Positions 18,822-27,442 of a stretch of 62,944 bases of DNA are shown here, piece by piece (the stretch's first letter is position 1; every line of letters starts with the position of its first letter). A model generated the notes under the pieces. The model ran no database searches. It saw nothing but the letters and a program-made list of their open reading frames with translations, and was not told the DNA's origin. The stretch covers positions 1 through 62,944 of the forward strand of contig JBGANF010000039.1 in NCBI GenBank assembly GCA_044222475.1, in the 5' to 3' direction. The DNA is from Polyangiaceae bacterium. GTDB lineage: Bacteria; Myxococcota_A; Polyangia; Polyangiales; Polyangiaceae. Position numbers and translations under genes: made by a program.

Positions 18822-19957
18822 CGCGCGCGGGCCAGGATTCTCTTCAGGCCCTCGTCGAACACCGCTTCGGGCGTGATCAGGCTCACGATCAGGTGCGCCT
18901 CTTCTTCGAAGTCGAAGAAGTAACCCGGGTGCACCAGCACCCCATCACCGAGGAGCGCCAGCGCGAGCTCTTCTTCGCTCGTCGTCTTCGGCACTCGCAG
19001 CGTCGCGTACCAACCGGCCTCGAGGTGCAGCACGTTCACCGCGGTGCCTTCCGTCGCCGCCCGGGCGGCGGCGAGGTTGCGCCTCGTTCGCTCGGCGATC
19101 TTCTCTTCCGCCATGGCTCGCGTGCGGAGCAACTCGGGGAGCGCGTGCTGCACCGGCGTCGACACCGAGAGGAACGCATCGGCGATCCCCTCGAGCCGGC
19201 GCCGCGCCTCGCTCACCTTCGCCGGGTGGCCTCCGAGGATCATCCACGCGAGCTTCAGCTGCGGCAGCCCCGCGAGCTTCGACAAGCCGCCGAGGCTCAC
19301 GACGAGACCGTGCCCCGCCGACTTCGCCGCGCAACGAACCGCGTCGGCGGGGGGATCCATGTGCATGTAAGATGCAAATACTTCGTCGCAGACGACGGGG
19401 AGGCCCAGGTCTTCCATCGCGCGCAGCTCGGGGAGGCGCAAGATCGAACCGGTCGGGTTGTTCGGGCTCACGGCGAGCACGGCGCAGCAGCGCTCGCGCT
19501 GAGCGCGCCGCAGCGTCGCCGTGTCCACGTGCCACGCGCCGTCGTACGCGAGGCGGTAGGAGCGGAGCGTCACGCCTTCGAGGAGCGCGAGGTGCTCGAA
19601 GAGCGGGTAACTCGGGCGCGGCGCGAGCAGCTCGTCACCGGGGTCGCACAGGAGCTTGAAGAGGAACGAGTACGCCTCGCTCGTGCTCGCGGTGATCACG
19701 ACCGAGTCGGGGTGGACGCCGTACGTGCTCGCGACCGCTTCGCGCGCGACCGTGAGCCCGAGCGGCGCAGGCTCGTAGACCAGGGACTCCTTGCGGGAGA
19801 GCGCGGCGAGGATCGCCTCGCCGTCGTAGTGGATCCCGGCGCGCGTCGGGTTCGACTCGGTGAGGTCGAGGATCTCTTCGCCGCGCTTGCGTCGTTGCGC
19901 GATCGCGTAGCTCAGCGCGTTCTGGTCGGCGTCGTCACCGCTGCGGCGGGAGAACAC
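18818..19957 (-). CDS. Class I/II PLP-dependent aminotransferase
   Basis: DLTESNP, PSYP, SPNNPTG, DEVF and GGLSKLAGLP. Confidence 0.88.
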   Translation of the reverse strand: MFSRRSGDDADQNALSYAIAQRRKRGEEILDLTESNPTRAGIHYDGEAILAALSRKESLVYEPAPLGLTVAREAVASTYGVHPDSVVITASTSEAYSFLFKLLCDPGDELLAPRPSYPLFEHLALLEGVTLRSYRLAYDGAWHVDTATLRRAQRERCCAVLAVSPNNPTGSILRLPELRAMEDLGLPVVCDEVFASYMHMDPPADAVRCAAKSAGHGLVVSLGGLSKLAGLPQLKLAWMILGGHPAKVSEARRRLEGIADAFLSVSTPVQHALPELLRTRAMAEEKIAERTRRNLAAARAATEGTAVNVLHLEAGWYATLRVPKTTSEEELALALLGDGVLVHPGYFFDFEEEAHLIVSLITPEAVFDEGLKRILARAR

Positions 19958-19958
19958 G

Positions 19959-20450
19959 TCAGTGCCCTTCCTCGTGCGCGTCGTGCCAGGTGAGCGCGAC
20001 GGTGCAGTGCACGGCGTCCTTTCGGTCGTTCATGAAGAACGTCTTGCAGCCCTCGGCGCGGGTGTCTTGCGAGGCGATGAGGCCGTCGCCCTCGAAGAGC
20101 TCGAGGATGGCGCCGCCGTCCTTCTCCTCCTCGGCGAACGCCTTGAACGTTCCGCACGTGCCGAGCGCCCAGCGCTTGGGGTCGGCGATGCGCTGCGCGT
20201 GGTGCGACGACTCGCGCTCGGGGTACCCGCGGCACCGGAAGTTGCAGTAGCCAGGGTGAATCGGCTGCGGACATTTTCCGTCGCCCGGACCGATGTCGAT
20301 CACGGTGAAGGGCTCGTGCGTGGGCGGTGCCGCATCGATGTCGCCTTTGGGCGGAGGGTCGAGGTGGATCACCTCCGGCGGGGGCTCGGCCTCGTGGTGG
20401 CAGGCGAGCGCCAGGGCGATCGGGGCAGCAAAGAGAGCGATGCGGCGCAC
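19959..20450 (-). CDS. Hypothetical Cys-containing lipoprotein
   Basis: Lipobox ALAC; abuts the downstream gene. Confidence 0.65.
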   Translation of the reverse strand: MRRIALFAAPIALALACHHEAEPPPEVIHLDPPPKGDIDAAPPTHEPFTVIDIGPGDGKCPQPIHPGYCNFRCRGYPERESSHHAQRIADPKRWALGTCGTFKAFAEEEKDGGAILELFEGDGLIASQDTRAEGCKTFFMNDRKDAVHCTVALTWHDAHEEGH

Positions 20451-20529
20451 GACTGCAGGCTATCCGAAATCGGGTAGGCTCGGGGGATGGTCACTCGCAC
20501 TTGGCGCGTGGCCGTGGACGCTACCTCGG

Positions 20530-21717
20530 TCACCTGCGCGAGCCGAGCACCACCACGTTTCTTCGAGCGTCAGGGTCGTAGTCCTCTCCCTCGTCCAGAA
20601 CGGGCACCAGGCGGACGTCGTCGAAGGCGCTTCGCGCGAGGCGCTCGACGTCGCGCACGACGCCCGTTCCCAGCGCGCCGATCGTGTTGAACGCGACGGC
20701 ACCGCCGGGGCGGAGAACGCGCGAGAGATCGCGGAAGAAGCGGGGCTCGAGGAGTGCGCGCGGGAGATCCAGATCGGTGAAGGCGTCGACCACGACGACG
20801 TCCCATCGGGAGAAATGTGCATGATGCACGAAGTCGGCGGCGTCGCCGACGTGGGCGGTGAGCGCGGGCACCGCGCCGAGGCCGAACCAGTCGCGGGCCA
20901 GCTCGAGGACGCGCGGATCGAGATCGACCACGTCGATCGCGATGCCGGGGTACGCCTCGGCGAACTGGCGCATGGCGACTCCGCCGCCGGCGCCGAGGAA
21001 GAGCGCGCTGCGTCGCTGCCTCGCACGCGCCGCCGCGAGGTGGAAGAGCTCGACGTAGAACCAACCGGAGCGCACGCCATCGAGGCTCGCGCGCGTCCAG
21101 ACGACGTCGCCGTCCACGCTCTCGCGCACCATCTCGCGAAAGCGTCCGCGATCGCGCACGACGAGCTCGCCCGCGCGCTCGCGAACCTGCGCCACGCCGA
21201 TCCGGCCGAGCCATCCCCGCGAGCGAGCCAGCGGCGAGGCCCGCCACGGCAGGAAGAACGACGCGCGGCCGAGGGCGACCTCCGGCATGAGCTCCGCTAC
21301 GCGCGCGAGGGCGGAGTCCGAGAACGTCGCCCCGGTGCGACCGAGCATGAGCCCGCCGAGCACTCGGTCGCGTACGGCGATCGGAGCGAGGAGCGTGTGG
21401 CGCCCGCGGATCGGAGCAGCGAAGTCCCGATGGTAGCGGCGTCGGCGCACCTCGGCTTCGGTCGCGTGCATGGTGTCGACCACGACGCCGCGCGTCGCGT
21501 GGCGCTTGAGGGACGCGACTTCGTCCTGGTAGCGGCGCGACGAGAACGCGTCGATCAACGCCGCGGTGTCGAGCGCAACCGTGGTCGGCGTTTCGCCGTG
21601 GGTCGCGAAGAACGCGGCCTCGAAGCCGACCTCGCGAGCGAGCTCGTCGAGGACGGCTCGTTCGAAGGATGCTGCGTCGGGCGACTGATGCGCTAGGGTG
21701 ATCGGGTCGAGCGCCAT
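20530..21717 (-). CDS. GAF-like domain fused to a spermidine-synthase-like SAM methyltransferase domain
   Basis: LLAPIAVRDRVLGGLMLGR..FS (GAF-like); LFLGAGGG, VDLDPRV, GDA, VVVDAF, LRPGG and RNVV; ATG at 21717. Confidence 0.7.
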   Translation of the reverse strand: MALDPITLAHQSPDAASFERAVLDELAREVGFEAAFFATHGETPTTVALDTAALIDAFSSRRYQDEVASLKRHATRGVVVDTMHATEAEVRRRRYHRDFAAPIRGRHTLLAPIAVRDRVLGGLMLGRTGATFSDSALARVAELMPEVALGRASFFLPWRASPLARSRGWLGRIGVAQVRERAGELVVRDRGRFREMVRESVDGDVVWTRASLDGVRSGWFYVELFHLAAARARQRRSALFLGAGGGVAMRQFAEAYPGIAIDVVDLDPRVLELARDWFGLGAVPALTAHVGDAADFVHHAHFSRWDVVVVDAFTDLDLPRALLEPRFFRDLSRVLRPGGAVAFNTIGALGTGVVRDVERLARSAFDDVRLVPVLDEGEDYDPDARRNVVVLGSRR

Positions 21718-21732
21718 TCGCGAACGGACACC

Positions 21733-22062
21733 ATGACGCCGGGGAAGTTCCAGAAACGAGCGTGGGTCGTGATCGGCGTCGTGCCGTTCGTGATCGCCTG
21801 CTTGCCGCAGTCGCACTTCCCGGACATCACGGACACGATCGCGCGGCGAGAGTTGGGGTGTCAGTCGCTCGTCGTCACCGAGCTCGAGCCCTATGCGTTT
21901 CGCGCGGACGGCTGCGGCCGCACCGCGTTCTATCGGTGCTCGTACGGTCGGAAGTCGGCGGGGCGAACGCAGTGCTGCCAGCAGACGCTGACGGAAGAGG
22001 CCGCCACCGCGACGCTCGCGCCGGTACCGCCGGATCCCTACTGCGAGGAGCACTACCAGTGA
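21733..22062 (+). CDS. Small Cys-rich lipoprotein
   Basis: Lipobox VIAC; GCGRTAFYRC; stop overlaps the next start. Confidence 0.6.
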   Translation: MTPGKFQKRAWVVIGVVPFVIACLPQSHFPDITDTIARRELGCQSLVVTELEPYAFRADGCGRTAFYRCSYGRKSAGRTQCCQQTLTEEAATATLAPVPPDPYCEEHYQ

Positions 22063-23636
22063 GGCCCCTTCGTTGCGCAGTGCTCGGTGCCGTCGTCGCG
22101 CTCGCGGCGACGGCGTGTGGCTCGTCCAATCCCGATGGGCCGGCGCAGGGGGCGGTCACGATCACGATCGACAGCGGTCCCATCCACGGCGCGGTCGACG
22201 GCGAGGTGCGTTCCTTCCTCGGCATCCCGTACGCCGCGCCGCCGGTCGGTGCGCTGCGGTTCCTCCCGCCGAAGCCGGTCGTGCCGTGGACCGCCGCTCG
22301 CGAGGCCGTCGGGTACGGATCGCCGTGCACGCAGATCGCGATGGGCGCCGTCGCGTCGGGCACGAGCGAGGATTGCCTCTACCTCAACGTGTGGTTGCCG
22401 GCGCGCGAGGTGACCAAGGCGAAGGTGCTCGTGTGGATCCACGGCGGTGGGTTCACCGGCGGATCCGGATCCGATCCGATGTACGGAGGCTCGCGCATCG
22501 CCGAGAAGTACGGCGTCATCGTCGTGACGATGAACTACCGACTCGGCGCGCTCGGTTTTCTCTCGCACTCGTCGCTCGCGAAGGCGGAGGGGGTCACGGT
22601 TGCTCCGAGCGCCGCGCTCCTCGATCAACAAGCCGCGCTGGGGTGGGTGCACCGCAACATCGCTGCGTTCGGCGGCGATCCGAACGCGGTGATGCTCGCC
22701 GGCGAATCGGCCGGTGCGATGAGCGTGTGCGCGCAGCTCGTGATGGGCGGACCGCAGGACCACTTCGCGAGCGCGGCGATGGAGAGCGGCACGTGCGCCG
22801 CGCTCAGCGCGATCTGGGTGAAGCCGGCGGCGGCCGAGGACATGGCGTCGCGCCTCGCGACGAAGGTCGGTTGCCCCACCGACGACGGCGCGCTGGCGTG
22901 TCTGCAGCAGAAGAGCGCGGAGGAGATCATGCTCGCGCTACCAGGGCGCAAGGTCTCGATCGGACCTGGTGATCTGTTCGGTCCGGTCGTCGACGGAGTG
23001 ACGTTGCCGAAGGTCCCGATCACGGCGCTCCGCGCGGGCGAGCGACGGAAGGTGCCGGTCGTGCTCGGCTCGAACCTGAACGAAGGGCAGATCTTCGGCC
23101 GACAGTGGGGTGAAGCGGCTCCGACCGGTGACGAGCTCCGCGCCATCGTGAAGGACGTCATCGGCGCGTCGACGAAGGTCGAGGAGGTCGCGGCGCGGTA
23201 TGGCTTCGACGGCGACGGCCGCGCGGCGCTGGTGAAGATGCTCGACGACGTGTTCCCGTGCAGCGCGCGGCAAGCCGCCCGCGCCATCGCCGAGACGGGG
23301 CCGCCGGCGTATCTCTATCGGTTCGTGTATCCGTACTCGATCCCCGCGCTCGTCGGAGTGGTGACGTCGCATGCGTTCGAGATCCCGTTTCTGTTCCGCA
23401 CCGGCTTCGTGGGGGCGAACCTGAACGACGAGCAGCTGCCGATGGCGGACGTCTTCGATGGCTACTGGCTCTCGTTCCCGAGCGGCGACCCGAACGCGAC
23501 GCGACTCGCGGGGACGGTGGCGTGGCCGAAGTACACGAAGGACGCGGACGAGCTTCTCGTGCTGGACCTGCCGCCGCGCACGGAGAAGGGGACGAAATCG
23601 ACGGAGTGCGATTACTTCGACTCGTTGGTGCCGTGA
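22059..23636 (+). CDS. Type-B carboxylesterase lipoprotein
   Basis: FLGIPYAAPP, SEDCLYLNVW, HGGGF, GESAG nucleophile, E and H triad residues; lipobox ATAC. Confidence 0.92.
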   Translation: MRPLRCAVLGAVVALAATACGSSNPDGPAQGAVTITIDSGPIHGAVDGEVRSFLGIPYAAPPVGALRFLPPKPVVPWTAAREAVGYGSPCTQIAMGAVASGTSEDCLYLNVWLPAREVTKAKVLVWIHGGGFTGGSGSDPMYGGSRIAEKYGVIVVTMNYRLGALGFLSHSSLAKAEGVTVAPSAALLDQQAALGWVHRNIAAFGGDPNAVMLAGESAGAMSVCAQLVMGGPQDHFASAAMESGTCAALSAIWVKPAAAEDMASRLATKVGCPTDDGALACLQQKSAEEIMLALPGRKVSIGPGDLFGPVVDGVTLPKVPITALRAGERRKVPVVLGSNLNEGQIFGRQWGEAAPTGDELRAIVKDVIGASTKVEEVAARYGFDGDGRAALVKMLDDVFPCSARQAARAIAETGPPAYLYRFVYPYSIPALVGVVTSHAFEIPFLFRTGFVGANLNDEQLPMADVFDGYWLSFPSGDPNATRLAGTVAWPKYTKDADELLVLDLPPRTEKGTKSTECDYFDSLVP

Positions 23637-23642
23637 GGGGGG

Positions 23643-23771
23643 GCCCCCCTCCGCGCATGCTCGCCGGCGTGCTCGCCTTTTGCTGCGCACCGGTGACGCG
23701 AGTTTCGAAACCTGATGCACCGAGGGCGCAGCAAAAGGCTGCGCGCGCCCGGCTGCGCGTGCGCGCTCCCC
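23643..23771 (+). repeat. Left 129-bp inverted repeat flanking DUF559 copy 2
   Basis: Reverse complement of 24532-24660 with 15 mismatches by manual alignment; internal TTTTGCTGCGC/GCGCAGCAAAA stem. Confidence 0.9.
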
Positions 23772-23868
23772 CCAAGCGTCCGGCTGCGCCGGCCGCGGGG
23801 GGAGATGCTACGCGTTGCGCGAGGGACACATCGCCCGTCGGGCGTTGCGGCCTGCTCCCGTAGCGTGC

Positions 23869-24240
23869 TCACTTCGGGCGCCGAAGCCGCTCGACTTCGG
23901 CTGCAACGTGGAGCGCTGCTGCGACCGGGTCGCGGGCGACGTCTTCGGCGGCGAGCCGCATGATGGAGTAGCCGAGCCGCGCGAGGCCTGCGGCCCGCTG
24001 TGCATCGGCGAGCTCTCGCCCCTGGTGGACCGAGCCATCGACTTCGACGACGAGCCGCACGGAGGGGACGAGGAAGTCGACGATCCACTCGCCGACGATT
24101 GCTTGCCGCTTGGTGCGGAAGCCGACGATGTCGCGCATCTTGAGCACCTGCCACAGCGCGTGCTCCGAGCGAGTGGGCTGCCGCCGCATCGAGCGAGCGA
24201 ATTCGAGCAAGGGGTGGCGACGAAAGAGTGTGGAGTGCAT
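23869..24240 (-). CDS. DUF559/Vsr-like endonuclease domain protein (copy 2); alternative start at 24273
   Basis: ARSMRRQPTRSEHALW, KRQ, WIVDFL, LVVEVDGSVH and LGYSIMRL; AAGGA upstream of ATG 24240. Confidence 0.85.
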   Translation of the reverse strand: MHSTLFRRHPLLEFARSMRRQPTRSEHALWQVLKMRDIVGFRTKRQAIVGEWIVDFLVPSVRLVVEVDGSVHQGRELADAQRAAGLARLGYSIMRLAAEDVARDPVAAALHVAAEVERLRRPK

Positions 24241-24245
24241 GACGA

Positions 24246-24388
24246 GGCTTTCCTTTCGCTGCGGTGACGGCATGCCCCAACCCGCGGAAGATTCATGACA
24301 AGCGCCATAGGGCGCAGCGATCGCACCGAGCAGCTTGGCAGGAATCTTCCGCATCGGGGCGTGCCGTCACCGCAGCGAAAGGAAAGCC
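24246..24388 (-). promoter_or_regulatory. Long inverted repeat (56-58-bp arms) covering the RBS of DUF559 copy 2; homologous to 18332-18472
   Basis: 24246-24303 pairs with 24333-24388; shared core GCGGAAGATTC..GCCAAGC / GCGCTTGTCAYGAATCTTCCGCGG..GGGGCATG. Confidence 0.82.
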
Positions 24389-24531
24389 GCTGTGCTGTTC
24401 GCATCGTGTTGCCGAACTTGTCGAGCGTGAGGAAATGGGTCTGCAATGACGAGCCGGGGAAAGGTTGACAAAGTTGACACCGTCCCCACCGCGCAAGTGC
24501 GCGGAACGCGTCTTCGTCGCCGCGTCTTCGC

Positions 24532-24660
24532 GGGGAGCGCGCACGCGCAGGCGGGCGCGCGCAGTCTTTTGCTGCGCCATCGGTGCACCGGCTTTTCCAG
24601 CTCGGGCCACGGGTGCGCAGCAAAAGACGAGCACGCCGCCGAGCATGCGCGGAGGGGGGC
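24532..24660 (-). repeat. Right 129-bp inverted repeat flanking DUF559 copy 2
   Basis: Partner of 23643-23771. Confidence 0.9.
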
Positions 24661-24680
24661 ATCTGCTGGCGTCGTTCTTC

Positions 24681-24715
24681 GGGCACGGGCACGGGCACGG
24701 GCACGGGCACGGGGA
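24681..24715. repeat. (GGGCAC)5 hexamer repeat
   Basis: Read directly; a related (CCCGTC)n tract lies at 18268-18305. Confidence 0.85.
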
Positions 24716-24762
24716 GATGAAATGTTGACCCCACCCAGAGCGTTCTGTACCGCCTGAAGGTC

Positions 24763-27363
24763 GTGTCTTTCGTGTCCAAAGAGACCCTCCACATCGGCCT
24801 CCGCGCCGCCGGAGGCTTCGCGCTGCTCGCCGGTTTCCTGACCGCGCTTCGCGGCAGCGCGCCCGACAACGACGTCGACGCTCTCGCCAACGCCATCGGG
24901 GCTCACGTCCACGGAACCGTCGCGGCGAAAGACATTCGCTGGGAGCCCTCTCGCGGGATGATCACCGACGCGCTCGTCGGCCGCTTCGCGATCGTCCTCG
25001 CGAGCGCCGAGCCCGGCGGCGCGCGCGACGTGTACCGCGTTCGCATCCGCGTCTCCCCCGAAGGCCACCCGATCGAGGTCGCTGACGCGTTCAACCTCAC
25101 GTCGACGCCCCTGGGTGACGACCACGCGCTCGTCGTCCACGGCGACCACGCGGCGTTCGCGACGTTCGCCTACGGCCAAGAGCAGAGCGTGACCGCGCTC
25201 GACCTCGGCGGGGAAGGCAGCCAGAACGCCGCCGAGAAGACGCTCGACGAAGTGACGAGCGCGCTCACCAACCTCCAGCAGACCGGAACGACCGCCGGCG
25301 TCGGTCGCATCGACGTCGGCTTCGAGCAACCCGCCGAGCGCCTCGGCCTCCGCCTCGCCGATCGGCAGCTCGCGATGACGCTCGCCACCGGCGAAGGCGA
25401 CCGCGAGGCGGTGCTCGACCTCGATCGCGGCGAGCTCTCTCCCGCGCTGCCTGGGCTCCACGCGGATCCGGCGCGTCACCTACCGAAGCGCTTCATCTTC
25501 TGGGCGGTCGACACCGTGCGCGCCGTGCCGTGGATCGGCCCGCGTCCGATCGCGTGGCTCGAAGAGAAGGTCTTCGCCGTCAAGGACACCCTCAAGCAGA
25601 CCGCGTTCAAGATGCACGGCGCGGACGACACCGAGACGCTGGCCGGCAATCCGGACCCGCCGCAGGTCCTCGACAGCTCGGCGGCGTCGGCAGACGACGG
25701 CGCGTGGCCTCCGACGAAGATCGCGAGCATCTGGAAGACGTCGGAGCCCGGGGAAGGCGAGTGGAAGCCTCGCGGGGGGACATGGATGAAGAAGTTCCCA
25801 GTCCCCAAGGGCGCGCCGGCCGGCGAGGCTCCGCCGCCGCCGTTCTACGAGACGTTCGTCCGCCCCGACGACGCGCGCCCGTACGCGAAGGTGATCCTCG
25901 TCGCGATGGACATGCGGCAGCTCGATCTCGAGATGGAGGCCGGCACCGAAGATCCGAAGCCCCTCACCGGTCAGCACGGTCCGGGCCGACTTCCTCGCGA
26001 TCCGCAGGTGCTCCAGCGCGTCGTCGCGGCGTACAACGGCGCGTTCAAGACCGAGCACGGGAACTACGGGATGATGGTTCATCGGCGCGTGCTCCTTCCA
26101 CCCCAGCCCGCGGCGGCGACGGTGATCCTCACCGAGGACGGCCGCGCCGGCTTCGGAACGTGGGGAAAGACCACGAACGTGAGCGGCGTCGTCGGTGTCC
26201 CAGATGGGGACATCCTCAGCTTCCGCCAGAACCTCGATCCGCTGCTCGACAAGGGCGTCGTGAACCCGACGGGTCGCGCGCTCTGGGGCTACACGCTCCC
26301 CGGCAACGGCATGCAGACCGAGCGCTCCGGGATCTGCGTCACCGGTGCCGGCCACATGATGTACGCGTGGGGCGACGACGTCAGCGCGACGATGCTCGGC
26401 AAGGCGATGAAGATGGCGGGCTGCGCGTACGGCATGCACCTCGACATGAACCCGCACCACACCGGGTTCATCTTCACTTCGATCAACCAGCTCAAGGGGC
26501 ACGACTACCACTCGGAGATCCTCAGCCCGCTCATGGAGATCTCGACCGATCGCTACATCGAGTACGCGCCGAAGGACTTCTTCTACATGCTGTACCGAGA
26601 CCCGACGCCGCGACCGATCGACAAGGCGACGTGGAGCCCCGATCCGGGGACGCAACCCGCTCCCTCGTGGAGCCCGGGCATCTGGGCGACGAAGCTGACC
26701 GTCGACGAAGAAGAGGTGGAGCTCACCTCGTTCGAGAGCGGGCGCGCCACGCTCGCGCTCGCCGCCGGCACGAAGGAGCCCGACGCGCGCACCGGCGCCA
26801 CGCCGTCCCACGAGCTCGACGCGGACGACAAGAAGCGCGTCGTCGCGTCCGTCACCACCGGCGTCGCGAACGATCGATCGATGCGCGGGCTCACCACCGC
26901 CGGGAAGGTCGTGCTGCCCATGACCCGCGCCGACGGGCTCGTCACCCTCGTGATGCCGCACGACGGGCCACCGCACTTCCTCGCACCGACCGAGACGATC
27001 GCCACCGGCGACTCGGCGCTCGAGCTCCCGCTCCTCGTCGATCACGCCACGCCCACGCCGCTGGCGCGCGCCGCGTACCTTCGCGGGAAGCACAGCGCGC
27101 CGTCCCACGCCGCCCTCGGGTTCGGCGACGACGGCAAGCTCGTACTCGCGACCTCCGACGCACCGTCTCCCGCGCCGCTCGCGGAGGCGCTGATCCGTGC
27201 AGGATGCACGCGTGTGGTCCTCCTCGATCGCGGCGATCAGGCGTCCGCGACCATCCGCCGCGCCGGCACCGATCACCCACCGGTCGCTCGCAGCGACGAG
27301 ACCACCGTCTTCTTCCTCGCGAAGCCGATGCGCGCGCGGGCGTTTCGCTTCGACGCGAACTGA
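24763..27363 (+). CDS. Large exported/membrane protein with a phosphodiester glycosidase (NAGPA-like) domain and a second degenerate copy
   Basis: YNGAF, ERSGICV and AGCAYGMHLDMN; second copy ALGFGDDGKL..AGCTRVVLLDRG. Confidence 0.6.
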   Translation: MSFVSKETLHIGLRAAGGFALLAGFLTALRGSAPDNDVDALANAIGAHVHGTVAAKDIRWEPSRGMITDALVGRFAIVLASAEPGGARDVYRVRIRVSPEGHPIEVADAFNLTSTPLGDDHALVVHGDHAAFATFAYGQEQSVTALDLGGEGSQNAAEKTLDEVTSALTNLQQTGTTAGVGRIDVGFEQPAERLGLRLADRQLAMTLATGEGDREAVLDLDRGELSPALPGLHADPARHLPKRFIFWAVDTVRAVPWIGPRPIAWLEEKVFAVKDTLKQTAFKMHGADDTETLAGNPDPPQVLDSSAASADDGAWPPTKIASIWKTSEPGEGEWKPRGGTWMKKFPVPKGAPAGEAPPPPFYETFVRPDDARPYAKVILVAMDMRQLDLEMEAGTEDPKPLTGQHGPGRLPRDPQVLQRVVAAYNGAFKTEHGNYGMMVHRRVLLPPQPAAATVILTEDGRAGFGTWGKTTNVSGVVGVPDGDILSFRQNLDPLLDKGVVNPTGRALWGYTLPGNGMQTERSGICVTGAGHMMYAWGDDVSATMLGKAMKMAGCAYGMHLDMNPHHTGFIFTSINQLKGHDYHSEILSPLMEISTDRYIEYAPKDFFYMLYRDPTPRPIDKATWSPDPGTQPAPSWSPGIWATKLTVDEEEVELTSFESGRATLALAAGTKEPDARTGATPSHELDADDKKRVVASVTTGVANDRSMRGLTTAGKVVLPMTRADGLVTLVMPHDGPPHFLAPTETIATGDSALELPLLVDHATPTPLARAAYLRGKHSAPSHAALGFGDDGKLVLATSDAPSPAPLAEALIRAGCTRVVLLDRGDQASATIRRAGTDHPPVARSDETTVFFLAKPMRARAFRFDAN

Positions 27364-27442
27364 CGCGGTCCGAGGCCATGACGCGGCGCGGCAAGAACGC
27401 GTCGTTGCCACTCCGACCGAAGGAAACTACACGTTCGTCATC

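Larger units (their letters stand above)
23643..24660 (-). mobile_element. Candidate ~1-kb IR-bounded element carrying a DUF559 endonuclease and a start-codon hairpin
   Basis: 129-bp IRs, nuclease gene and long hairpin lying between two same-strand host genes; no transposase motif and no clear TSD. Confidence 0.5.

Noticed and set aside
24246..24388. Retron msr/msd or diversity-generating retroelement
   Set aside because: The long inverted arms are suggestive, but no reverse transcriptase is encoded in the window.
24464..24480. Tandem TTGACA boxes as a promoter
   Set aside because: No convincing -10 element at a suitable spacing.
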